The notes under the pieces: model-generated
Seen by the model: the letters and a program-made list of their open reading frames with translations, nothing else
Databases searched by the model: none
What the model was told of the DNA's origin: nothing
Shown: piece after piece, positions 1 to 7,614 of the stretch
Layout: every line of letters starts with the position of its first letter
Position numbering within the stretch: the stretch's first letter is position 1
Made by a program: the position numbers and the translations under genes
Source: Stagnimonas sp.
GTDB lineage: Bacteria > Pseudomonadota > Gammaproteobacteria > Nevskiales > Nevskiaceae
DNA: 32,000 nucleotides
Direction: 5' to 3'
NCBI GenBank assembly: GCA_030652575.1
Contig: JAUSQI010000125.1
Span: 19,240 to 51,239, forward strand

Positions 1-1077
1 TTCCCTCGGCTTCACCGGATTCCCGAAGCGATCCTGAATCGTCAGGTCGATCTGCGCCGCGCCAAACAGGCGGTGGAAGATGTTTTCCAGCTTGGTGCGA
101 TTGAGGTTATGGAGCCTGTAAGTGGCAACGATCTCCACGGCAGCCAGCAGGTAGGTAGCATCTTTCTCGGCACCGGCAATGCGCGTCTCTACCTTGCCGC
201 CGGTCACGCCGATCTTGTGGATCAGCGCGCGATGCTCGGCCACAAAGGGGTGACAGGACTGGCTGCGCAGCACATAGATGGTGCCGGTCTCGATGTCGTC
301 GGGCTCAGGTGCATCGCCGAACAATGGTCCCATCTCAGGGTCCGTCAGACGACGGCCCGTTTCGTCTTTGTAAAGCGCGCGCTGTAGTGAGCGAAGAAGA
401 AGGTCGCTCTCTGTTCCGTTGGAATAAATCACCCGGAGTCGAGCATCAGGGTGGCCATTTGACGTGCGGAAGTCCTCCCCTCTGTCGGCCACATAGGCAA
501 GCTGGCCGCCGAGGATGAAATAGTCGCCTTTGGCAATGCTGGCATCGCGCCCAAACCGCAGCGTTTTACGGACGCCAGATTTAAGCTCCCGTTCCACCTG
601 CTCGAATAGTTGCTGAAACCGCGCAAAATCTTCACAGCGGGTACGGTCGGCCACTTCCTCCGCCGCCTTGATTTCTCGGTAGGGGCGCACATGGCGCAGC
701 GTCATGATGTCGTTCTGCGCCTCGGCGTTGTCGCCAATACCCAGCTCCGCTAGCAACGCATCCTCATCCAGGCTGTCGATATCCACCTGAGATGCAGCTG
801 CCGCCGTCAGCAAGCCGGGCGTGTCGACGCCTGCCAACAGCACCTGCGCTTCAGGCAGCTTGCGCAGCTGATCCAAGCGCACCGCGTACAGGCGCTCGAA
901 AATATCGCGGCCTTCGCCATGCAGTGGCGCTCGGCCATGCTGCTGGTGGAAGCGCAGGATGTCCTCAAAGCCCGCGATGATCCGCTCCTCGCGGGGACTG
1001 TGGCTGGAAGCCTTGAGCGGGGCAACCTCTACACCGAGTTCTGCGAGCAGTTCTTCGGCCTCGTCGAGTTCAGACAT
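1..1077 (-). CDS. GIY-YIG / T5orf172 (MUG113)-type nuclease family protein, C-terminus cut by window edge
   Basis: Open minus-strand frame from ATG at 1077 to position 1, absent from the ORF track because it has no stop inside the window. My translation begins MSELDEAEELLAELGVEV and contains TGTIYVLRS...HKIGVTGGKVETRI...LENIFHRLF, which is typical of T5orf172/GIY-YIG-like domains. The start overlaps the upstream ORF stop by 8 nt. Confidence 0.65.
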   Translation of the reverse strand, partial: MSELDEAEELLAELGVEVAPLKASSHSPREERIIAGFEDILRFHQQHGRAPLHGEGRDIFERLYAVRLDQLRKLPEAQVLLAGVDTPGLLTAAAASQVDIDSLDEDALLAELGIGDNAEAQNDIMTLRHVRPYREIKAAEEVADRTRCEDFARFQQLFEQVERELKSGVRKTLRFGRDASIAKGDYFILGGQLAYVADRGEDFRTSNGHPDARLRVIYSNGTESDLLLRSLQRALYKDETGRRLTDPEMGPLFGDAPEPDDIETGTIYVLRSQSCHPFVAEHRALIHKIGVTGGKVETRIAGAEKDATYLLAAVEIVATYRLHNLNRTKLENIFHRLFGAAQIDLTIQDRFGNPVKPRE

Positions 1078-1483
1078 CGCCAGACTCCTGGCGAGCCTTT
1101 TCAGCCTTCATTTGAGCAACGTAGCGCGAATAGGCAGCGACACCTTCAGCCATCTTCTTCTCCCAGGCGTCGGGTGAACTGATGTCTGGGTTACGTCCAC
1201 GCTCTTTCTTGAACAGCACGGCGCGCTTGGTCATCTCTTTCGCTTCTTCAAACGGCATGCTCGTTTTCTTCGCCGCAATGCTGGCCTGCACCTGGCGCAG
1301 TGACTTCTCATCCATCGCCTTCGCCAGCACCGAATAGGCAGCCTCGAAGGGGTTGATGCGATCAATGAGGATCCGGTTCCAAAATGCCACCTTGGCCTCT
1401 CGCTGAATAATCCCTGGTCGACCTGGAGAATGCATCACCGGCTGTCCAGTCTGTGCCGCCCCCCAACCTTTTGCTCTTCCCAT
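1070..1483 (-). CDS. hypothetical protein, translationally coupled to the nuclease gene; N-terminus possibly displaced or truncated by the adjacent IS remnant
   Basis: 137-aa ORF with no family recognised. An alternative start exists at the internal Met (MHSPGRPG, about 1435). Its 5' end abuts the breakpoint of the IS3 fragment. Confidence 0.4.
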   Translation of the reverse strand: MGRAKGWGAAQTGQPVMHSPGRPGIIQREAKVAFWNRILIDRINPFEAAYSVLAKAMDEKSLRQVQASIAAKKTSMPFEEAKEMTKRAVLFKKERGRNPDISSPDAWEKKMAEGVAAYSRYVAQMKAEKARQESGDV

Positions 1484-1509
1484 TCAACACCTCCTGTTTC
1501 GAGATGTTG

Positions 1510-1803
1510 CAACGACCGCTTGAATCCACCCAATACACCAGCGAATCATTTCAGTCGCTGCTGGAGGATCACGGCGTGGCGTGCAGCATGAGCCGGTCTG
1601 GCGACTGCTGGGACAACGCCGCAATGGAGAGCTTCTTCTCCAGCCTCAAGACCGAGCGAACAAGCCGGAAGCGCTACCGATCCAGAGACGAAGCCAAAGC
1701 CGACGTCTTCGATTACACCGAACGCTTCTACAACCCCACACGACGACACTCAACGCTCGGCTACCTCAGCCCCATGAGCTATGAGAAGCTGCAAAAAACT
1801 TAA
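1510..1803 (+). pseudogene. IS3-family transposase OrfB, C-terminal fragment only (5'-truncated)
   Basis: QYTSESFQSLLEDHGVACSMSRSGDCWDNAAMESFFSSLKTE...FYNPTRRHSTLGYLSPMSYE is the conserved end of the DDE/rve integrase core of IS3-family transposases. The N-terminal two thirds (HTH, the DD part of the catalytic triad, OrfA) are absent. The left boundary is approximate. Confidence 0.85.
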
Positions 1804-1833
1804 CTGCGTGTCCGGGGAAGAAGGGGAAGCTCA
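1797..1833 (+). repeat. candidate right terminal inverted repeat (IRR) of the IS3 remnant
   Basis: See the IS3 remnant feature. The outer tip is 5'-TG/CA-3'. The tip 9-mer GGAAGCTCA (1825-1833) recurs at 1853-1861. Confidence 0.5.
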
Positions 1834-1983
1834 TCCTGCACACCAAAAGATCGGAAGCTCACGCTATATCCACGTAGAAGTTGCTGCCTGCGTCGCTTGT
1901 CCCGCCTCTTGAGCACCCTACACTCACATTATGTTTGCGTTCCGTGCCCTGATGGTCCGGTTTCTGGCGCTGTACCGCTCCGT

Positions 1984-2856
1984 CTATTTAACTAGATCGA
2001 ATAGCTCATCGGTAACTGCATTCGGACACTCCATAGGCAGAAAATGGCTGCTATTTGCGATGGAGACGATTTTTGCACCCGGTATGCGACGCCGAAATCT
2101 GCTGTGAACAGCCTGAGGAAATGTCGATCCTTTAGTGCCAGCCAATACTCGGACTTCAACTGGCAGTTGTTTCATCCTGCCCCATGGACTCGACTCCGTG
2201 TGCTGAAAAGTCAGGGACTCCCATTGTGGTGAGCAGGCCAACTGCACACCCCCGCCCTCATGCACTCTGAAGCCTGAATCGACATAAGCGCGCAGCCACT
2301 CATCTGTCCAGCTTCGGAAAGTGGCCTTCGCCCGGTAATTCGCCAACGCATCATCTCGTGAAGGGAATGTTGAACGGCGACGCGCTGCGCCTTTCGCAAG
2401 GCCGATTCTGTCGGCGCGTCCGAGCGTTCGCATCAGCCGGAGTAGCAATCGGCTTCGCAGATCAAGAATCACAGGCTCGCAGAGCAACAGGCCTTTAACT
2501 TTCTCAGGCCGCTGGCATGCTGCAACCAGGCTGCAGGTCGCACCAATGGAGTGGCCTGCGAGCCAGATCGGCTCTGGCGATGCATCGAGCATGGCAACCA
2601 TGTCGCGATAGTAAGTCTCCCACCCGCTGAAACTGTCCCTGACGCCGCTTCCGCTGCTACCTCCATGCCCACGCATGTCCCAGGCGACAACATTCATCTC
2701 TTCGGCGAGCGAATTGAGTATGGGGAGATAGGTGAGCGCGCTAAAGCCGGTTGCATGAGCCCAGTGAAGCGTCGGCCGCGAGATGACGGGCGGGCTGCGC
2801 CAAAGCACCAGAGTCGCGTGATCAAAAGAGGTGAACGATTCTGCCGCGAAAATCAT
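1984..2856 (-). CDS. alpha/beta-fold hydrolase
   Basis: 290 aa. It has the nucleophile elbow GHSIG (LAGHSIGAT), an HGGS oxyanion region, and a C-terminal SSHF histidine motif. The start overlaps the upstream thioesterase stop by 4 nt. Confidence 0.85.
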   Translation of the reverse strand: MIFAAESFTSFDHATLVLWRSPPVISRPTLHWAHATGFSALTYLPILNSLAEEMNVVAWDMRGHGGSSGSGVRDSFSGWETYYRDMVAMLDASPEPIWLAGHSIGATCSLVAACQRPEKVKGLLLCEPVILDLRSRLLLRLMRTLGRADRIGLAKGAARRRSTFPSRDDALANYRAKATFRSWTDEWLRAYVDSGFRVHEGGGVQLACSPQWESLTFQHTESSPWGRMKQLPVEVRVLAGTKGSTFPQAVHSRFRRRIPGAKIVSIANSSHFLPMECPNAVTDELFDLVK

Positions 2857-3851
2857 TGAGGATTTGAACCGGGAACCAGCAATTGCATTCGCATAATTGC
2901 TATGACGTTGCTTGGATCATCCTGCCAGCATTCAACGTGAACGGTGATCACACGCTGGCCACTGCGCACGATTGTGGCCAGCGCGTACGTGTCCTTCGTC
3001 TTGCCAGAGCGGAGGTAGTCGATGGTGCTGTCGACCAGCTTCGGCATCCGACGAAGGGAATCCAGCCGCTGGCAGGCGATCAAAGCCGCAATTTCCATCA
3101 ACGCACCCAGGGTGCCGCCATGAAGTGCTGGCAACATCATATTGCCGACCAGCCCACTGTGGTACGGCATCTTGAGGTAACTAATCCCGGAAATCATTGC
3201 GATGCACAGTCCAAGATGTTGTGCGTACGGAAGTTGCTCGATTAGACGACGCAGGTCATCGCGCTCTTCGTCCTGATGATTAGAGCTATCGCCCGTCGCC
3301 ACAGGCTCTGTGATTGATTGCGATGCCGACAGCTTCGGCTTCCGATGGTGGATGCCGACCTCAACGTCTGAGGAACTCCCTTTCTCCAATGCGGCCTTCC
3401 AGACCTCCTGCCCCTTACCCCCTTCTTTTGCTCGCATGAACACACTGCTACCAATCGCAACGGGCTCCGCGATTTCTTCTGAGTAAACCGAGCAGCGGAC
3501 GAAAGCAATCTCTGCAGTGTGGCGATAGCAACTTGCGATTGCAGTCAAGGCTTGATGACCTGGCATCGCTCGCAAGTAATCCATGCGTAAATCCAGCGTC
3601 GAAATCGGCAGCAGTGTCTTTGTTGCAACGAAGACGGCCAACCCTGAGCAGGCATCTGCCAACGACAGAGCGACGCTGTTGAATACTAGGTTTCGACTGG
3701 AGTTCCCCAGGAGGCCACCATGAGGCTTCAGCCTCATGGTGGCGAGTTCATTCTCCATCGACACAATCTCGATGCCGAGGTCGCGGTTGTGAGGCACTGC
3801 GTCACAAAAGTGGCGCGCCATTTCCAGGGTGCCTAGCGTCTTCGCCAACAT
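2853..3851 (-). CDS. tandem hot-dog (PaaI/YigI-like) thioesterase family protein
   Basis: 332 aa with two PaaI-like halves: MRLKPHGGLLGN...DLRMDYLR and LKMPYHSGLVGN...LHGGTLGALME...DYLR. They are joined by a charged linker. An AGGAGA RBS lies upstream. Confidence 0.75.
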   Translation of the reverse strand: MLAKTLGTLEMARHFCDAVPHNRDLGIEIVSMENELATMRLKPHGGLLGNSSRNLVFNSVALSLADACSGLAVFVATKTLLPISTLDLRMDYLRAMPGHQALTAIASCYRHTAEIAFVRCSVYSEEIAEPVAIGSSVFMRAKEGGKGQEVWKAALEKGSSSDVEVGIHHRKPKLSASQSITEPVATGDSSNHQDEERDDLRRLIEQLPYAQHLGLCIAMISGISYLKMPYHSGLVGNMMLPALHGGTLGALMEIAALIACQRLDSLRRMPKLVDSTIDYLRSGKTKDTYALATIVRSGQRVITVHVECWQDDPSNVIAIMRMQLLVPGSNPQ

Positions 3852-3899
3852 GATGGTTGATCTCCTGCGCGGATCTTTCGATGCCTATTGTAGGCGCAG

Positions 3900-3984
3900 A
3901 TGACTCGACTTTTCTTAAAGTGGTTAGTCTTACTTATCAGTTATGCGAAGACAGTAATTCCAGATCGCCCGGCATGACTCGACT
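3900..3984 (+). repeat. 11-bp direct repeat ATGACTCGACT (3900-3910 and 3974-3984), with a partial third copy ATGACTCAC at 4088-4096
   Basis: Exact copies read directly from the sequence, inside the 417-bp divergent intergenic region. Confidence 0.9.
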
Positions 3985-3991
3985 GCACGCA

Positions 3992-4039
3992 GCCCTACAA
4001 AACAGGCAGAAATTACATGGCGCTATCGACTTGTAGGGC
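3992..4039. repeat. perfect 9-bp inverted repeat GCCCTACAA / TTGTAGGGC with a 30-nt spacer; related TTGTAGG at 3888-3894
   Basis: Read directly from the sequence. The function (operator or RNA hairpin) is unknown. Confidence 0.9.
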
Positions 4040-4268
4040 ATCATCAGCGACCTATAAGACCCCAGACAGAGCTCCGCAGACAACACTATGACTCACGCTG
4101 CGTCTCTGGTCTCTCCGCGCTTATATTGACATAGTGCGTATCTTTACTGGATGCTTGTGAAGAGTCGTAAAGATGAGCGAGCAAAACGACGCAACGCTGT
4201 CTACTTCACCAACAAAAGCTGTCGGCACACGTGCCAGATAGCAACATGCACATGAGGAGAGCACTGGC

Positions 4269-5474
4269 ATGAACCGAAACAAGTTGTTGATCGCTATCTC
4301 AGTCGGGTGTTTGGCGATTCCGCTTCCTGCGTTCACTCAGGACGAAGAAGGCAGCAGCGCAACGGGATCCTCTGGCCTTAGCGCATCTGTTGCGATCGCT
4401 GATCGCTTCTATGTATCGCCGATGGCCACTTACACACTGGCGGACTCTGACCGGGGCACCAAAAACGGGCTGGGCGGCACCGTTGCCATCGGCAAACAGT
4501 TCCAGCAACGATTTGCCTTTGAATTGGCTGCCCATTACGCATCATTCAAGGCTGACGCAAACGGCGCAGACAGTGCGAAGCTGGTGTCGGGTGCTGTGAG
4601 GGGCCTGCTGTTCCCCACCAGTGGTGGTCTTTATGGTCTCGCCGGTCTCGGTTACGGTCGATTCAAGGATCACCCTGGCCTCGATCCGGATTACCGATCC
4701 ATTCTGTGGACCGTCGGCATGGGCTATCTGGTCGGGCCATTCGACCTGGTAGCTACGGGTGTGTCGCTGCGTGCGGAGGTCGCTTTCCGCAGCGACATGC
4801 ACCGTGGTGAACTGACTGCCGACAAGTACAACAATGCTCTCAACGAGGGTGTTGCCAGTCTAGGTCTTCTGATTCCCATCGGTGCAGGCCCCGCACCAGC
4901 GCCCTTGGCTCCCGAACCTGAAGTCGCAAGCGTTGAGGTAGTTCCAGTCGTTGCGCCAACAGACACCGATGGTGATGGCGTGACAGACGATGCGGACCAA
5001 TGTCCGGATACCCCACCGGGAACTGCTGTGGACGCCACTGGTTGTCCGCTGCCCGAGCCAACTCCTCCGCCTGTACCCGATTGCCAGTCACCTGAAAACG
5101 GCGCGCCGGTAAGCCTCGAGGGCTGCAAGGCCGGCGACAAAATTGTGCTTCGGGGTGTGACGTTCGAGTTTGATCGCGCGAATCTCGTGCGCAATGCGAA
5201 GACAATTCTCGATCAGGCTGGGGATGCCTTGCTCAGCGCACAGAACATTCGCGTCGAAATTGCCGGTCATACCGACGCACGTGGCAGCGATGCCTATAAC
5301 TCTAAGCTCTCCAACCAGCGTGCTCAAAGTGTCATGAACTACTTGACCGAACGAGGCATTGCAGCCGACAGGATGTCAGCCAAAGGCTATGGCGAATCAG
5401 AGCCTGTGGCAGACAACGATACCGATGAAGGTCGAGAGCTTAATCGCAGGGTTGAGCTCAAGATTGTGGAGTGA
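4269..5474 (+). CDS. OmpA-family outer-membrane protein (N-terminal beta-barrel, Pro-rich linker with a thrombospondin type-3-like Ca-binding repeat, C-terminal OmpA/peptidoglycan-binding domain)
   Basis: Signal peptide MNRNKLLIAISVGCLAIPLPAFTQ; DTDGDGVTDDADQCPDTP; GHTDARGSDAYNSKLSNQRAQSV...NRRVEL. GAGGAGA RBS before the ATG. Confidence 0.9.
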   Translation: MNRNKLLIAISVGCLAIPLPAFTQDEEGSSATGSSGLSASVAIADRFYVSPMATYTLADSDRGTKNGLGGTVAIGKQFQQRFAFELAAHYASFKADANGADSAKLVSGAVRGLLFPTSGGLYGLAGLGYGRFKDHPGLDPDYRSILWTVGMGYLVGPFDLVATGVSLRAEVAFRSDMHRGELTADKYNNALNEGVASLGLLIPIGAGPAPAPLAPEPEVASVEVVPVVAPTDTDGDGVTDDADQCPDTPPGTAVDATGCPLPEPTPPPVPDCQSPENGAPVSLEGCKAGDKIVLRGVTFEFDRANLVRNAKTILDQAGDALLSAQNIRVEIAGHTDARGSDAYNSKLSNQRAQSVMNYLTERGIAADRMSAKGYGESEPVADNDTDEGRELNRRVELKIVE

Positions 5475-5529
5475 GCGGGCGATCAGCCGTCGGAATTGAC
5501 AAACAAATGTAAATTTTGAGGTGCGAGCA

Positions 5530-7155
5530 ATGACTGAAAATACTTTCGACTACATCATCGTAGGTGGTGGTTCTGCAGGGTGTGCCGCCGCAGCCCGGCT
5601 GAGTGCAGAGAAGGACTGCACGGTTTGTCTTATTGAAGCCGGCCCCGTCGATAACAGCCCGCTCATCCACATGCCGTTGGGCCTGATCGGTCTGATCGGC
5701 AGCCCGAAGGTCAACTGGTGTTTCAACACAGAGCCGGAGGCGCAGTTAAATGGACGCCGCCTGTTCTGGCCAAGGGGCAAGACTTTGGGTGGTTCCAGTT
5801 CTATAAACGCGATGGTCTACATCCGCGGCCATGCAAAGGACTATGACGACTGGGCTGTTCAGAACGGCAGCCAGTGGAGCTATTCGTCATTGCTGAAGGT
5901 GTTCAAGGAACATGAAGACAACGTGCGCGGCGGCTCTTCATTCCACGGCAAGGGCGGCCCATTGAGCGTGTCCGATGTGCTGGAGCCGAATCCACTGGCG
6001 GATGCATTTGTTGAAGCTGGAAAGCAAGTTGGCATTCCTGAAAATCGTGATTTCAATGGTGCCGTGCAAGAAGGCGTCGGCTTTTACCAAGTGACGCAGA
6101 AAAGCGGGCGACGCTGGAGTTCGGCACGCGCCTTTTTGGGTATGGCAGAGGGTCGTCCCAACCTCACCGTCTTCACGGCTGCCAGGGCAACGCGGGTGAT
6201 TCTTGAGGCTCGACGCGCTGTAGGCATCGAAGTCGAGCGTGCGGGACAGCGGCAGGTTTTGCGGGCAAAGAACGAAGTCATCCTGTGTGGCGGCGCGGTC
6301 AATTCGCCGCACCTGCTGTTGCTCTCCGGCATCGGCCCTCGTGAGATGTTGTCGAAGCACGGCATTCCGCTTCAGCATGAGCTGCCTGGCGTCGGCCAGA
6401 ATCTCCAGGACCATCTCGACATGACAGTGATGGTGCGTGATCGCAGCAAGCAGTCCATCGGCCTTGCGCTGTCTTTCATCCCTCGTGCGGTCATCGGTTT
6501 GTTCCGCTATCTGTTCAGCCGCCGCGGGTTTCTTGCTAGTAACGTTTCGGAAAGTGGGGGTTTCGTCAAGCTACATGCATCCTCAGAGCGTCCTGAGCTG
6601 CAACTGCACTTTCTGCCAACTTTCCTGAAAGATCATGGCCGAAAGCTGGTTGCTGGCTATGGCTGTACCTTGCACGTCTGCCAGCTGCGCCCGAAGAGTC
6701 GCGGCTTCATCGGCCTGCAGTCCGCGGATCCATTAGCAGACCCGCTGATCCAACCAAATTATCTGAGTCACCCCGATGACGCGAAAGAGCTAATCGAGGG
6801 CGTCAAACTGGCACGTCGTATCTTCGCAGCCCCAGCATTCAAAAACATCAACGGCGGGGAGACGGAGCCAGGCGCAGAGGTGCGCTCCGATGCGGATATT
6901 CTGGCTAACATCCGCAGCCGCGCTGAGACCATTTACCATCCCGTCGGCACCTGCAAGATGGGTGGGGATGCAATGGCGGTTGTCGATAGTCACCTACGCG
7001 TGCACGGCATCCAGGGTCTACGCGTCGCCGATGCCTCGATCATGCCTACTCTGATTGGAGGCAATACTAATGCCCCCTGCATGGTCATCGGCGAGCAGGC
7101 TGCGCGTATGGCATTGGCGGAACGTGGTGTAGCTGGGCTTCTGAAAGCCGCTTAG
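5530..7155 (+). CDS. GMC-family FAD oxidoreductase (choline/alcohol dehydrogenase, AlkJ-like)
   Basis: FDYIIVGGGSAGCAAAARLS Rossmann motif, GKTLGGSSSINAM, and C-terminal HPVGTCKMG...VVD..LRVHG...LRVADASIMP. ATG at 5530 (GAGGTG RBS) is preferred over the track's GTG at 5521. Confidence 0.9.
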   Translation: MTENTFDYIIVGGGSAGCAAAARLSAEKDCTVCLIEAGPVDNSPLIHMPLGLIGLIGSPKVNWCFNTEPEAQLNGRRLFWPRGKTLGGSSSINAMVYIRGHAKDYDDWAVQNGSQWSYSSLLKVFKEHEDNVRGGSSFHGKGGPLSVSDVLEPNPLADAFVEAGKQVGIPENRDFNGAVQEGVGFYQVTQKSGRRWSSARAFLGMAEGRPNLTVFTAARATRVILEARRAVGIEVERAGQRQVLRAKNEVILCGGAVNSPHLLLLSGIGPREMLSKHGIPLQHELPGVGQNLQDHLDMTVMVRDRSKQSIGLALSFIPRAVIGLFRYLFSRRGFLASNVSESGGFVKLHASSERPELQLHFLPTFLKDHGRKLVAGYGCTLHVCQLRPKSRGFIGLQSADPLADPLIQPNYLSHPDDAKELIEGVKLARRIFAAPAFKNINGGETEPGAEVRSDADILANIRSRAETIYHPVGTCKMGGDAMAVVDSHLRVHGIQGLRVADASIMPTLIGGNTNAPCMVIGEQAARMALAERGVAGLLKAA

Positions 7156-7164
7156 GAGCACTTA

Positions 7165-7614
7165 GTGAGCCCAGGAGCTGCACTGCACCTTGGCCTGCAT
7201 GCGCTGATCCCTGCCCTGCTGGCTTGGCTCTTGTTCCGAGAGCGATTTTTGTGGGCTGCCTGCTGGCTGCTGGCCGGCTGGGGGATAGATATCGATCACC
7301 TACTCGCCACACCCATCTACTCGGCCGGTCGCTGCAGTCTGGGATTCCACCCCCTGCATACACTTCCCGCGATTGTGCTCTACGCCACCCTCATGGTGGC
7401 GAAGCCATTGAGGCTGCTCGGCCTTGGCTTGCTCATCCATATTGCTCTCGACGGAATCGATTGCCTGCGAATGGCCTGCAAGGTTCAAAGTCACAAGATG
7501 TCGATACACCATGAGCATCACTTTCAAGGCAACTCAGTGATGGGGCCAGGTCACCTCATTCTGCTGACTAGCAATCTTTCTGAACAAAGTCATTACGCGA
7601 GGATGCAGGCATGA
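7165..7614 (+). CDS. small polytopic membrane protein, DUF6122-like, with a His-rich C-terminal tail
   Basis: GTG start 6 nt after an AGGAG that overlaps the upstream stop. HLGLHALIPALLAWLLF...IDIDHLLATPIY...C.LGFHPLH matches my recollection of DUF6122. The tail reads SIHHEHHF. The stop overlaps the next start as ATGA. Confidence 0.55.
   Translation: MSPGAALHLGLHALIPALLAWLLFRERFLWAACWLLAGWGIDIDHLLATPIYSAGRCSLGFHPLHTLPAIVLYATLMVAKPLRLLGLGLLIHIALDGIDCLRMACKVQSHKMSIHHEHHFQGNSVMGPGHLILLTSNLSEQSHYARMQA

Larger units (their letters stand above)
1510..1833 (+). mobile_element. IS3-family insertion sequence remnant (right end only)
   Basis: Transposase fragment plus a terminal sequence ending ...GCTCA at 1833. 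The reverse complement, TGAGCTTCCCCTTCTTCCCCGGACACGCAGTTAAG, has the TG...GGACACGC..TAAG layout I remember for IS3-type terminal inverted repeats. Confidence 0.7.
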
